DNA from: Eledone cirrhosa
Taxonomy: Eukaryota
NCBI GenBank assembly: GCA_964016885.1
Contig: OZ024742.1
Location: 147,684,001 to 147,748,000, forward strand
Reading direction: 5' to 3'
Length of the DNA stretch: 64,000 bases
The position numbers and the translations under genes are program-made. Positions 24,151 through 37,913 of the stretch are shown in pieces. Under the pieces are notes generated by a model. That model worked only from the letters and a program-made list of their open reading frames with translations, ran no database searches and was not told the DNA's origin. The first letter of the stretch is position 1; the number at the start of each line of letters is the position of its first letter.

Positions 24151-25272
24151 CTGCTACATTTACTATATTTTTATATCGACAAATAATTTCAGAAGTGATT
24201 TAAATTGTCCAAATGTAATAAAATCTAATTAATTTATAGTAATAATATTTATCTGATAAAAGCATATTATTGTAATTATTTTTACATATACATGAACTGT
24301 TAAGTATATTTTGTTTACAAAGATAAACATTTCATTACAAATGCTAACTCTCTCTTAAATAAAAAAAAAAACGCTTATGTTTGTGTGTAATAAAATTTTA
24401 ATCCAAACTAATTCAAGAGAGCTATTTACATTTCCTCAACTACGCTCGTATTCAGCAAAATTATCTCACAGTCAATAGTTCATCCGCTGAGAACAGAATG
24501 GTATGGTTTGGTGTTGACCATTGTTGACAGATCGTAGTCAAGGATTTATAAAACAAGAACAAGTGAGGGTTTAATGGAAGCCGCAAAAGTAATGTGCATA
24601 TAGACATACACATTTATATGTGTAACAAATTATCCTTTCGTGAATTTTGCTATGGTATGAAAATACGCCGTATTTTCATAATTTCCGATATAAATTTACC
24701 AAACACTATGATGTTACTCTCAGCTAAGACAGCAACTATACAATCTCCATTTTTGTCCAGCCAGACACAGGCTGAAGCTGCCACAGCTTTATTTCCTTAC
24801 TCTCTTTACAAACATCGCTTAGCCTGTTTCTCTCTAAAACGATGTACAATAAAACATAGTTTTCCTCAATACAACTTCACCTAAAAACATTGCAAAGAAA
24901 ATACTTTCTACGAATTCTATTTCAATATAATGTTAATATGGTTTTGTAAAATTCCATGGCTAAAATAAATATTTCAAATGTAGTTTTGTTTCCTTTCTGC
25001 TCATTATTCACTCAGATACTAATGAGGTAATGCTGGAGTTATGAGAAAATACACGCACTATAATCTGTAATGCATCATGCTGGTACTGCAATAAAATACA
25101 CCTGGTGTACTCAGTTAAGTGGTTGGTGATAGGAAGGGCATATACTATATAAACTATGGTAAGTATGAGCTAGATGTGGTTCTCAGACCAATAGTCTTGG
25201 CCATTGACCTTCTGTCCACCCTATGCCAGTAAGGAAAGCAGATGTAAATGATGATGATTATTATATTATACA

Positions 25273-26667
25273 CGAGCAGTGGTACCTGGCGTTGCACGGT
25301 ATAGGTATTTTGGAATGCGGGCCGCCAACAGACCTAATCTACAACTTGTAAAGAACATAAACCGAATACTCTGATGGCTGGATAATCTTTAAGATTTTCC
25401 TCGATGAAGAAGGAAAAATGCAGGTTTTCACCTAATGCGGACCCTAGCGCATCAAGAAAATGAATTTTTTTTATGTGCATAATATGCCTTGAAATTTCGG
25501 AAAAATCGGCTAGTAGTAACGCCAAAAAAACTGAAAAAATGAAGTCTTTCATCTAATGCGGGCCCTACGCCACAAAAAAGTTGGATTTCCTTTGCTAATG
25601 GTATGAAGAAGAGACTGATTAAATTACAATTACAAGGAAATCGTCTAATGCAGGCCCAGGGGATCAAATGCTAGTCATTTATAATTCTTACAAAGTATAA
25701 AATTTACACACCAAAAAAATATACAATACTTTATTTTTTAAGTAATTCGCATAAAAATATAAAATCAAAACGAAAAAATATATATATATAGATTTTCTAC
25801 AATAACTATGTTTATATATAGTAGCGGTAAAATAGTAACTTTTGTTCTCATAAAGGCACGTAAGCAAGCAACACTGTGAAAACTGAAGCTATTATAGCGA
25901 TGTTTTTCTTTACATGCTTTAATTTTTAGTGTTGGGTGAAATATATAACCTGCAAACCTGATTTTTTAATCGCAGCAGGATCGACATATTTCACTCACTC
26001 CACTAAAGGTTGAATTACGGTATGAAGAAGAGACTGACTAATACATAGTTACCAGCTTTCATTTTTAGTGTTGTGTGAAATATATAACCACCTTAGCTAA
26101 GCTTACTATTGCCACAACCACGGCTGGCAAAGAAGTAAGGGTCTGGTGGTACGTAAGTAAGCGTCTGGTGGTACGTAAGTAAGCAACACTGTGGTTTAAA
26201 ACGTGAGGAAGAAATTGTGTGCACTTACCAACTGTTTGGTGAATGAGTGTGAGATTTGTCTTGAGCAAGGGTTGTTGAATAACCGGAGGCAGTGGGCCAT
26301 AACTGACGTAATGCAGACAGCCAGACATAGACATATATTATAAGGGCGCATTCTGGACGCAGAGGGAATTGTACTAAGTGACGTAATGCAGACAGCCAGA
26401 TGTACAGACAGATACTATAACGGTGCGATGTTATATGTATGTATCTATCTAAAAAGAGAAAGACTAAGAATTATAGCCAGAGATCGCTAAATCGCCTAAT
26501 GCGGTCCCTAGGGAATTGAAAATTTGAAATTTATTTTTCTCATAACACTCCCTGAAACATAAGTATTACATGTGTAAGGTTTGAAAAGTCGGTTGGGTGC
26601 TTCTCGAGTTTTAGGGATTCAAACTCACACACACACAGACATCCATCCTCAGTTTTATATATAGAGA
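25273..26667 (-). mobile_element. Helitron family A with a mutated 3' end
   Basis: Paralog of 8481-9827; 3' CTAG changed to CTCG, with a change in the hairpin. Confidence 0.85.
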
Positions 26668-27070
26668 GTAGCAGAAAACCACCCGCCGGGTGGTTTTCTG
26701 CTAGTATATATATATATTACACACACAGAAATGTATATATATATATATATATTACACACACAGTAATGTATATATGTTTCTGTAGCACTCCTCAATCCCC
26801 CCTCTCCCTCCCGCTACCCCCCCCCCCCCCTCTTGTAGTCTATCTCTTTCTTTCACTCTCACTCTCTCTCTACACGTGCGCAACAAACATTCGCACGCGC
26901 GCACGTGTTTTAGCGCCTATTCACTCTCTCCCTCCCGCTATCCCCCTCTCGTAGTCTGTCTCTTTCTTTCACTCTCACTTTCTCTCTACGCGTGCGCAAA
27001 AAACATTCACACGCGTTTCCACTGTCGGACAGACAGACAGAGAAATTGCTGGTTATATATTATAAGGAGA
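26668..27070 (-). mobile_element. Collapsed non-autonomous Helitron (D) with a palindromic end
   Basis: 5' TCTCCTTATAATATATAACC at 27070; 17-bp-arm palindrome at 26669-26703 made of Helitron-like 3' ends. Occupies the same site as Helitron B. Confidence 0.65.
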
Positions 27071-27531
27071 TTATGATATTTGAAGCTTGTGTTATGTTTG
27101 TTCTAGATATAAATAACACAGTATCACACATGTAGGTTTTTATACTAGAATATATATCATATTTTAACATTATCAGTGACTGGGAAATATATTCATTTTA
27201 GAATGCCTCTCAACCCACCAACTTTCTACATCACATTTTCACTAGATAACTACCATCAACCACTGACTACATCACATGTTCAATAGATAACTACCATCAA
27301 CCATTAACAACATTGCATGTTCAATAACCACCATCAACCACTAAATACATTGCATGTTCATTATATAACCATCATTTAATGTAAAAAGATATCCTATTGT
27401 TTATCTCTCACTCACTACATGATAATCTCTAATATCTAGTATTTAGTTTCAAATATTGTCAACAAATTATATAGCTTACGAGTAAACAGTAAATATTTCA
27501 GTTTAAAGAAATGTTTAACTTTTATCATATA

Positions 27532-28383
27532 CTAGCAGTAAAGCCCGGCGTTGCTCGGGGTCGCTCAGTAGCTGTGTTAAAGTTACAATGTTAAGTTTCT
27601 TTCTTGGCTTAAAAACTGTAGTGTCTACTGTGCAGACTTGCATGTGGTGTTTTTGATTAATATTCCCTCAACCAACAATATGCCTTATGAAGTTAAGAAA
27701 ACATAACGAAAACCCGAATGTTATAACAAAAGAGGATGCTGGGGATAGAAACTGCACTGGTTATTTATTAACAAAGATCGAAAATGTAAACACTGCAACG
27801 CAGAGAAAAACATTAGCGTAACCAAATTATCAGTTATGTCTGTCTGCACGCCTATATCACCTCTCTGCACGACTATCTGTCTGCACGCCTATATCACCTC
27901 TCTGCACGACTGTCTGTCTGCACGCCTAACGAAATTTACAGATACATATATTTTATATAAACTTATATAATTTTTGCTTTTTTTTACGAAATATTTGCTT
28001 GTTTTAAGTAGTTTTTAAATAGACTTGTTTTCAAGTAAAAATATTGTTTTAAAAGGCTTGTTTTACGTAGTCTTTAAATCGTGTATTGTGTTAATGTCAT
28101 TTTAAACGCTGAGAAAGCCAGCGTAATTTTTTTAATTTTTGCACGCAGACGCTCAATGTAAACAGAACAAAGGGAAATAACTGATCACTTACGCTCAAAA
28201 ATCGATACATTATATTCGATTTCGTCACATAGGGTGGGCCAATTTGAAATTTTTTTTTTCCGATGTCTTCGCTAGGGCTCAATGTACAAGTATAGCAATT
28301 TCGGTGCAATTCCGTGAGAGATTCTAAGAGGAGATGTGTGCCAAAAATCGATAGACAGACAACCACAGTTTTATATATATAGA
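27532..28383 (-). mobile_element. Non-autonomous Helitron (E), specific to duplication copy 1
   Basis: TC...hairpin-CTAG with a 3' end like Helitron C. Empty site tcatata|ttgaactg at ~17309 and ~38722. Confidence 0.88.
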
Positions 28384-28424
28384 TTGAGCTGTGAATTATA
28401 TAGTTTATAGTTGTGTCAGGATAA

Positions 28425-28609
28425 ATAATTGTTTCTACTTTCGACACAAGGCCAGTAAATACTCAGTGCATTACTGGTACTTTATTCTATCGACCCCGTA
28501 AGGATGAAAGGCAAAGTCAACCTCGGCGCGATTTGAACTCAGATCGTAAAGGGACGTAACTATGCTGGAAAGCATGGCGTCCGACCCTCTACCGATACTG
28601 CCAATCCAC
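28425..28609 (-). mobile_element. tRNA-derived SINE (octopus OK-like)
   Basis: Minus strand has B-box GTTCAAATC, then GCCTTTCATCCTTACGGGGTCGATA..AGTACCAG and the tail GGCCTTGTG..AGTAGAAACAATT. Confidence 0.8.
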
Positions 28610-30690
28610 ATAATGACAGAATATTCAGATGTATGTGGTCAAAACTCACGATTCTGGGATTGACAGTTAAGATGACATTGCATGTTCATTATATAACCAT
28701 CATTTAATGTAAAAAGATATCCTATTGTTTATCTCTCACTCACTACATGATAACCTCTAATATCTAGTATTTAGTTTCAAATATTGTCAAATTATATAAC
28801 TTACAAGTAAACAGTTAGTAAATATTTCAGTTTAAAGAAATATTTAACTTTTATCATATATTGAACTGTGAATTATATAGTTTATAGTTGTGTCAGGTTA
28901 AATATAATGACAGAATAATTTAAGAATAAATAATTTTTATTTAGATTTAGCATGATGAAGAATATTCACACATGTATGTAGTCAAAACTCACGATTCTGG
29001 GATTGACAGTTAAGATGACAAAAGATTGAGAAAATTCAGTGATAATTTGTATGACAGACATATCAAACCCACACAAGCCTGCTGAATGGACACTAAAACA
29101 TTAATATTTATATACATATAAAAATGAGAAAACTCATCGCTAGAACAGCTGTTAAGACATCTAAATTCTGTCAAAGACAGCGATGGGCAAAAATGCCTGA
29201 GGACAGAGACCAGTGGCCAACAATCCATAAGGTGGGTCACAGGCAGATGAAATATAGAAAAGATTGGAAGAGGACAAACAGAAGTGTGTTGGTACATAGA
29301 AGTGACAGGCAGAAGGAAATAAAGACAATGTACAAGACAAGTTTACACACACACATCTATCTTCACCCTCATCAACTGTCAAACCAGCAAAACGTTTTTC
29401 ACAATTTCTAATATAACTGAACAGTGCCATTGTCCTTTATTCATGACAGTGATTTCTCAGATATAGTTATATAAAATAGTGTTGGAAGGTATATATTCTT
29501 TCTTCTGTAAATGGTTATATAAGTTTTATTGTTTATTTTCTGAAATGGCTTCTGTAACAGTTGATCTGTCCTTCCTTACAAACCAGTGGACTTCTTGCCC
29601 TAGAAAAATCTGGTAATAATAATGTTGTTGACCTCAACATCCACAAAACTTTAATGATGTCTTGTATGTAAATCTCTAAAAACTGCCCACTGAAGAGCTT
29701 CATTGATCTGTCATCTCTGTTGCACACCCTATAAACTCTCCATTATGTCCTCAATAATCATCATTTACTTATTAATAATCTACTAGCCATCATGTCCAGC
29801 AATGCCCACCAAGTTGATACCACACTTCATTCTTTCATAATCTTTGTCAGTAAGTATCTTTAACATATAATCTTAACATTTTACATCAAGGCCACAAATA
29901 TACTATTAAGGGAGACCTCAAAAATGGGGTTGCCAATCTTGATTCCTTCAACAGAAAAAAAACACTGCTCATTTCAAGAAAATATCATTGCACCACTCCC
30001 TTCTATTTTCACTATTGATCACATTTGCCTTGAAACAAGATGACCTCCTTGGTGTTGGTGCCATTATAAAATGCATTTGGTACACTCTGTAGTGTCTGGC
30101 ATTCAAATAACATAGGGTAGAGATAACTCTTCAGTTATATCAAAGATATGACACCTTAGTGCTGGTACCAGTGTACTATATAAAGTGGTTGATATTAGGA
30201 GGACATCTGGCTGTAGAAACCAGTTTCTGACTCTAATAGGAAGACAGTAGCTCTGTGTATATAATGACCTGATCTGTTACAAAACTTCATTACCAACATC
30301 ATTGTTTAACGTCCATCTTCCACGCTAGCATGGGCTGGACGGTTTTATCCCACTTGAAGTGAGATTGGTCGGGAGACCGTGTCTTACTTGTACAGAACTG
30401 TTTCTGGCAGGTTCTCTACGGCTGGATGCCCTTCCTAATACCAACCACATTTACAGTGTGGACTTGGTGTTTTTTGTCATGTCACGTACACGACCACTTT
30501 ACAGTGGACGGGTGGAGTAGGGTGTAAGGAGTGTATTTTGGCTTAAGAGGTGCCTACTTCCAATCTATGCCAAAATAAAAAAACAAATGTAAAATGATAA
30601 TGAAGGTCATAGTAATGTGGTTAGTCTCCAATACACACGTATTTAGTGAAGTTAATTTTTTCATAGAATAATTTACCAGATTTACTAGTA

Positions 30691-32562
30691 TCATTTCTTT
30701 CTGGTATGAATGCATTTGTGAGAAGTTAAATTACATTTCACAGAAAATGATTTATCACACCTATCACAGTGATATGGCTTCTCTCCTGTATGAACACGTT
30801 TGTGAGATTTTAAGTGATCATTTCGTGTGAATGATTTACCACAGATATCACAGTGATATGGTTTCTCTCCTGTATGAATACTTTGGTGGACAGTTAGGGT
30901 TTTTCCATGGGAAAATGATTTGTTGCAGATACCACAGTGATAAGGTTTCTCACCTGTATGAATGCGTTTATGGGTAGTTAAGTGACTTCCATCAGTAAAT
31001 GATTTACCACAGATTTCACAATGATGTGGTTTTTCTCCTGTATGAGTACGTTTATGAGTATTTAAATGTTCATTTTGAGAGAATGATTTACCACAAATAT
31101 CACAGTGATTGGGTTTCTCTCCTGTATGAATACGTTTGTGAGTATTTAATTGATCCTTTCGAGAAAATGATTTACCACAGATATCACAATGATATGGTTT
31201 CTTTCCTGTATGTGTGCGATTGTGAGAAGTTAATTCACTATTTCTGGAGAATGACTTACTACAGATTTCACAGTGATATGGCTTTTCTCCTGTATGTATA
31301 CGTTTGTGTTCAGTTAAAGAATTTCCATGAGAGAATGCTTTATCACAGATATCACAGTGATATGGTTTCTCTCCTGTATGAATACGCTTGTGAATAGTTA
31401 GGTTACCTTTTTGAGAGAATGATTTACCACAGATATCACAGTGATATGGCTTCTCTCCTGTATGAATGAGTTTGTGTTTAATTAAGGTAAGTGTTTGAGA
31501 GAATGATTTACCACAGATATCACAGTGATATGGTCTCTCTCCCGTATGTGTGCGTTTGTGGTTGGTTAAATAATCTTTTCGAGAAAATGACTTACTGCAG
31601 ATATTACACTGATATGGCTTCTCTCCTGTATGAATACGTTTGTGGAGGGTTAAAACATATCCTTCAGAAAATGATTTACCACAGATATCACAATGAAATG
31701 GTTTCTCTCCTGTATGGATACGTTTGTGGCTAGTTAAGGCAGTTCCTGAAGAGAATGAGTTACCACAGATATCACAATGATATGGCCTCTCTCCTGTATG
31801 AATCCGTTTGTGAGTAGTTAGGTTACTTTTTTGAAAGAATGATTTGCTGCAGAAATCACAGTGATATGGCTTCTCTCCTGTATGAATTCTTTTATGTTTA
31901 GTTAAGTCACTTCTTTGTGAGAATGATTTAACACAAATATTGCAGTGATATGGTTTTTCTCCAGTATGTATACGTTTGTGGCTTGTTAAGGCATTTCTTT
32001 CAGAGAATGTCTTGCCACATATATCACAGTGATATGGTCTTTCTCCTGTATGAATACGTGTATGGCTAGTCAAGGCATTTCTTCCAGAGAATGAATCACC
32101 ACAGATATCACAGTGATATGGCTTTTCTCCAGTGTGAGTACGTTTATGGCTAGTTAGACCATTTCCATCAGAGAATGATTTACCACAGATATCACAGTGA
32201 TATGGTTTCTCTCCTGTATGAGTACGTTTGTGTCCAGTTAAAGTATTTCCTTGAGAGAATGATTTACCACAGATATCACAGTGATATGGTTTTTCGCCTG
32301 TATGAATGCGTTTATGAGTAGTTACACTACCTTTCAGAGAAAATGATTTACCACAGATATCACAGTGATATGGTTTTGCATTTGTATGAACGCTTTTGTG
32401 AGTAGTTACACAATCTTTCCGAGAGAATGATTTACCACAGATATCACAGTGATATCGTTTTGCATTTGTATGAGTTTGTTTATGCTTAGTCAAGTCATTC
32501 CCTTGAGAGAATGATTTTTTATACATATTACAGTGGTATGATTTTCCCGTATTTTTCAGCAT
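30691..32562 (-). CDS. C2H2 zinc-finger array protein ZNF-2, 22 repeats (first degenerate, C>Y)
   Basis: Intact 623-aa ORF; acceptor at 32965/32964. Confidence 0.95.
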   Translation of the reverse strand: MLKNTGKSYHCNMYKKSFSQGNDLTKHKQTHTNAKRYHCDICGKSFSRKDCVTTHKSVHTNAKPYHCDICGKSFSLKGSVTTHKRIHTGEKPYHCDICGKSFSQGNTLTGHKRTHTGEKPYHCDICGKSFSDGNGLTSHKRTHTGEKPYHCDICGDSFSGRNALTSHTRIHTGERPYHCDICGKTFSERNALTSHKRIHTGEKPYHCNICVKSFSQRSDLTKHKRIHTGEKPYHCDFCSKSFFQKSNLTTHKRIHTGERPYHCDICGNSFSSGTALTSHKRIHTGEKPFHCDICGKSFSEGYVLTLHKRIHTGEKPYQCNICSKSFSRKDYLTNHKRTHTGERPYHCDICGKSFSQTLTLIKHKLIHTGEKPYHCDICGKSFSQKGNLTIHKRIHTGEKPYHCDICDKAFSHGNSLTEHKRIHTGEKPYHCEICSKSFSRNSELTSHNRTHTGKKPYHCDICGKSFSRKDQLNTHKRIHTGEKPNHCDICGKSFSQNEHLNTHKRTHTGEKPHHCEICGKSFTDGSHLTTHKRIHTGEKPYHCGICNKSFSHGKTLTVHQSIHTGEKPYHCDICGKSFTRNDHLKSHKRVHTGEKPYHCDRCDKSFSVKCNLTSHKCIHTRKK

Positions 32563-33075
32563 CTTTGTGGTAATAAACTTAATCCTTTAAATCACTCAAA
32601 TAAGTTATTTCCCTACAACTCTTATGTCACCACAATATATAGATAATCTTTTTATATTTTATTTCAAACAAACATTTCTACAGCTACATTTCCATCAACT
32701 ATATAGTCTTTGTCAATATCTGAAGATCCTGTAAACTCCTTTGTAAGTATGTTTAAGTTTAATGAGAATGAAAAATCACCCTGAACATATTCCAGTCAGT
32801 GAAATAGAGAAATGTTGCTATTAATCTCAGTTTAGAGGAAATAGTTCACAGTAATTCTACCACAGATTTATAGAAACACAATTATATCTGTTGTATATAA
32901 CTCCTTCCTTTAGTCTTTAAAAGATGCTAAATATTGATGACACTGTTAAAGTAAAAACGTTATTCTGAAATAATAAAGAAACAGTAAAAGATATAAGTGG
33001 ATATTAAAAGTAAAGATTCAACAATAGAAATTTTACTACTTTTTCATATTCATAAACTGTAAACTTTTACCTACA

Positions 33076-33885
33076 CTAAGTTTGTGAAGAACTTGGGCAT
33101 ATTACTGCACGAGTTACTGCAATTTTTACACTTAATTCAGCCGCCTGCCTTCCATCACCCATGAACACGGACCCAAGATACTTGAACTTCTCCACCTGCT
33201 TCAGTGGCACTCCCCTCATAAGTAGAGTACACTGTGCAGCTTCTTTGAGAGGATGAGTGTCTGTCTTTGTAGCATTGATTTTCATCCCTATGGTGTAGCA
33301 CTCAGCATGAAAGCTATCAAGTGCATGTTGATGGTCACCTTCTGATGAGCTAAGTAATACCATGTCGTCTGAAAATTCCAGCTGACTGATCTTACTCATG
33401 TCAGTATTGATGCCACTTCCATCCTGGCTGTGTATATCAACTCAGTTCATGAAGATTATGAAGAGAAGAGGTGACAGTACGCACCTTTGGCAGAGTCCAA
33501 ATCTCGCATTGAATAGTTTTGATTTAGCACCATTTATCCGAACACAAATACTTCAGCATTCATATAGACATCAGGGTAACATGAAGTTGTACATAGATCC
33601 CATACTCCTGCAGAACCTTCTACAGCTGGTTCTGTGGAATATGGTTGTACATCTTTTGAACATCTACAAAGCAAGAATACACCTCTTAGCAATACTCAGA
33701 GTTCTCTTAATTTGGATGCAATAACATCGGCATAACTGGTCCTGACTTCCCACTTTATCCTATAGGTCGACCTGGACCTGCTCGTTTTGTGGGCTTTTTT
33801 AGATTTAGGTAGTCTCAAATTGCAGATAACTAGATGGTGATCAGTTGACAGTTCACCCCTCTCTTAATACGAACATCCAGCACAA
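33076..33885 (-). mobile_element. RTE LINE fragment lacking ~856 bp at the duplication junction
   Basis: Paralog of 21022-22700; joins the equivalents of 21637 and 22494 at 33697/33698. Confidence 0.8.
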
Positions 33886-35117
33886 AATCGAAAATATATA
33901 TAATGACGTTAATGCTTGCATTTACTGAATGTTTTCCATTTGTGTTTGCAGTGTGCAAAACGCCAATTTGCAAACGTTTTCATCATACTTTTCAATTTTT
34001 ATGCTCTTGAACTTTCTCGCGTTAAATTATTATTTTTTTCTTTTAATAATTTTAAGAAAAGAAAATAAGAAACAAATTATAATATTCAAACGTGTCTATT
34101 ATACATCATAATAATGTCGTATCCAATATTGTCGAAGATGTTTTCTTGAATAGCACGGCGCCAATAGAGATAACTGGCGAATCTCGCGAGGGCGCTTGGA
34201 TATTCCAGTGCATTAGCCACGCCATCACCCGAGGCAACGCTGTGAGTGTTGGTATGATTCAAAAGTCATTAGAGAGGTCGCCCAGTACTCCTCTCTGCTG
34301 TCTTCTGCTCTGGTGTTGGCTGGGTTGTTCACCCCTTCCTTTACAGTTTAAAACGAGGATTTTTTTTTTTTTACTACTGTTTGGTCATTTCCCCTAAACC
34401 CTTTCCTTATTTTCGTTATTTAATTTCTTTCCCTCTTTCTCATTTTTTTTGTTATTGCAAAAATTATATAACCGAATTGAAATTTGTCGAATAAATAAAT
34501 GTACTTAAAAAAAAATATGAATATGAAAACGAAACTACCGAAACATTATAATTCAATAAAACAACAATATTATTCATTCAATGTTAATAGTATTTTTCTT
34601 ACTTAATTACATTAAAACAAAACAATAATTTAACGCGGGGAAGTTCAAGATAACCGCTTTTACACCTACCTCCCTTATTGTGCATATATAACCAGATAAA
34701 AGTATGTCTATACATTTATTACTACGTATAATTTCCACCATAAAGTAAACATTTATTTATTTCATCAATTTAAACGTCCTTATAGGGCTGGTAAGCATGA
34801 TAGACGGGGAGATTTATTTAATATCCTTTATGACAAGAGTCAGAAACAAAAAGGAGGCAAAAAAGAGTAAAACATGATATTTCGAGATTTTAAAAATATT
34901 TTTTTCTTCTGAATACAATTTCTTTAATAATGACAACAATGTAAGTTACGACCTAATTCATAATATATTCAGGATTAAACTATTAAAAGAAATTTGTATA
35001 AAAAAAAAAAAACGATTATTATGCTAGCCTGTATATAATTACTGTATCCTCCAAGTGGAACAATTTTAGTATTTACACATATTAATATAGACTTAAGGTA
35101 AATGTTTGTCAACTTAC

Positions 35118-35330
35118 CGTGTTCACATGTAAACAGTAAATGAGTGAGTTGCGTGTTTACTTTATAAAACTACCAAAGAAATTATCTGGTTGTTATATTC
35201 AGCTTTTCAAATGTTAGATAAACTTTAGTTCTACAGCATCAATTTACGATGGATCTTCACATCTTTAGCCGGAGATTCGTATCTTGTGAGAATATCATTA
35301 GCCACAATTTCGATATGAAATCCTTCTGCT
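35118..35330 (-). other. Putative non-coding exon 1 of ZNF-2
   Basis: Donor ACG|GTAAGTT at 35118/35117. Confidence 0.65.
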
Positions 35331-36458
35331 ACATTTACTCTATTTTTATATCGACAAATAATTTCAGAAGTGATTAAAATTGTCCAAATGTAATAAAATC
35401 TAATTAATTTATAATAATATTTATCTGATAAAAGCATTTGTGCCAAAAGTAGAAACAATTATTGTAATTATTTTTTATATATACATGAACTGTTAAGTAT
35501 ATTTTGTTTACAAAGATAAACATTTCATTACAAATGCTAACTCTCTCTTAAATAAAAAAAACGCTTATGTTTGTGTGAAATAAAATTTTAATCCAAACTA
35601 ATTCAAGAGAGCTATTTACATTTGCTCAACTACGCTCGTATTCAGCAAAATTATCTCAGTCAATAGTTCATCCGCTGAGAACAGAATGGTATGGTTTGGT
35701 GTTGACCATTGTTGACAGATCGTAGTCAAGGATTTATAAAACAAGAACAAGTGAGGGTTTAATGGAAGCCGCAAAAGTAATGTGCATATAGACACACACA
35801 TTTATAAGTGTAACAAATTATCCTTTCGTGAATTTTGCTATGGTATGAAAATACGCCGTATTTTCATAATTTCCGATATAAATTTACCAAACATTATGAT
35901 GTTACTCTCAGCTAAGACAGCAACTATACAATCTCTATTTTTGTCCAGCCAGACACAGGCTGAAGCTGTCACAGCTTTATTTCCTTACTCTCTTTACAAA
36001 CATCGCTTAGCCTGTTTCTCTCTAAAACGATATACAATGAAACATAGTTTTCCTGAATACAACATCACCTAAAAACATTGCAAAGAAAATACTTTGTGAA
36101 TTCTATTTCAATATAATGTTAATATGGTTTTGTAGAATTCCATGGCTAAAATAAATATTTCAAATGTAGTTTTGTTTCCTTTCTGCTCATTATTCACTCA
36201 GATACTAATGAGGTAATGCTGAAGTTATGAGAAAATACACCCACTATACTCTGTAATGCATCATGCTGGTACTGCAATAAAATACACCTGGTGTACTCAG
36301 TTAAGTGGTTGATGATAGGAAGGGCACCTAGCATATAAACTATGGTAAGTATGAGCTAGATGTGGTTCTCAGACCAATAGTCTTGGCCATTAACCTTCTG
36401 TCCACCCTATGCCAGTAAGGAAAGCAGATGTAAATGATGATGATTATTATATTATACA

Positions 36459-37802
36459 CGAGCAGTGGTACCTGGCGTTGCACGGTAAAGGTATTTTGCA
36501 ACGAGGGCCGCCAAGAGACCTAATCTACAACTTGTAAAGAACATAAACCGAATACTCTGATGGCTGGATAATCTTTAAGATTTTCCTCGATGAAGAAGGA
36601 AAAATGCAGGTTTTCACCTAATGCGGACCCTAGCGCATCAAGAAAATGAATTTTTTTTATGTGCATAATATGCCTTGAAATTTCGGGAAAATGGGCTAGT
36701 CGTAACGCCAAAACAATGAAGTCTTTCATCTAATGCGGGCCCTACGCCATAAAAAAGTTGGATTTCCTTTGCTAATGGTATGAAGAAGAGACTGATTAAA
36801 TTACAATTACAAGGAAATCGCTAATGCGGGCCCAGGGGATCAAATGCTAGTCATTTATAATTCTTACAAAGTATAAAATTTACACACAAAAAAAATATAC
36901 AATACTTTATTTTTTAAGTAATTCGCATAAAAATATAAAATCAAAACGAAAAAATATATATATATAGATTTTCTACAATAACTATGTTTATATATAGTAG
37001 CGGTAAAATAGTAAACTTTTGTTCTCATAAAGGCACTAAGTAAGCAACACTGTGAAAACTGAAGCTATTATAGCGATGTTTTTCTTTACCGGCTTTAATT
37101 TTTAGTGTTGTGTGAAATATATAACCTGCAAACCTGATTTTTTAATCGCAGCAGGATTGACTTTATTTCACTCACTCCACTAAAGGTTGGATTACGGTAT
37201 GAAGAAGAGACTGACTAATACATAGTTACCAGCTTTCATTTTTAGTGTTGTGTGAAATATATAACCACCTTAGCTAAGCTTACTGTTGTCACAACCACGG
37301 CTGGCAAAGAAGTAAGGGTCTGGTGGTACGTAAGTAAGCAACACTGTGGCTTAAAACGTGAGGAAGAAATTGTGTGCACTTACCAACTGTTTGGGGAATG
37401 AGTGTGAGATTTGTCTTGAGCAAGGGTGGCTAAATAACCGGAGGCAGTGGGCCGTAACTGACGTTATGCAGACAGCCAGACATACACATTATGAGGGCGC
37501 ATTCTGGACGCAGAGGGAATTGTACTAAGTGACGTAATGCAGACAGCCAGATACTATAAGGGTGCGATGTTATATGTATGTATCTATCTAAAAAGAGAAA
37601 GACTAAGAATTATAGACAGAGATCGCTAAATCGCCTAATGCGGTCCCTATGGAATTGAAAATCTGAAATTTTTTTTTCTCATAACACTCCCTGAAACATA
37701 AGTATTACATGTGTAAAGTTTGAAAAGTCGGTTGGGTGCTTCTCGAGTTTTAGGGATTCAAACTCACACACAGACAGACATCCTCAGTTTTATATATAGA
37801 GA
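36459..37802 (-). mobile_element. Helitron family A with a mutated 3' end
   Basis: Duplicate of 25273-26667. Confidence 0.85.
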
Positions 37803-37880
37803 GTAGCAGAAAACCACCCGCCAGGTGGTTTTCTGCTAGTATATATATATATTACACACACAGAAATGTATATATATTTC

Positions 37881-37913
<33 letters not shown>

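Larger units (their letters stand above)
22494..33697. repeat. Recent ~11-kb tandem segmental duplication, copy 1
   Basis: Colinear and highly similar to 33698-44561; junction aatactc|agagttc. Confidence 0.85.

Noticed and set aside
24594-24884. Recurrent short ORFs (MHIDIHIY.., MRKLIART.., MKTCIFPA..) seen in several units
   Set aside because: Recurrence reflects segmental duplication. Frames are broken between copies and have no protein-like motifs, apart from a weak RTE 3' remnant (QDRDQW) at ~17640.
30999-31733. Plus-strand ORFs such as [17 protein letters not shown] (also at 19525, 19972, 41694-42596 and 55541)
   Set aside because: Antisense shadows of the 84-bp zinc-finger repeat.
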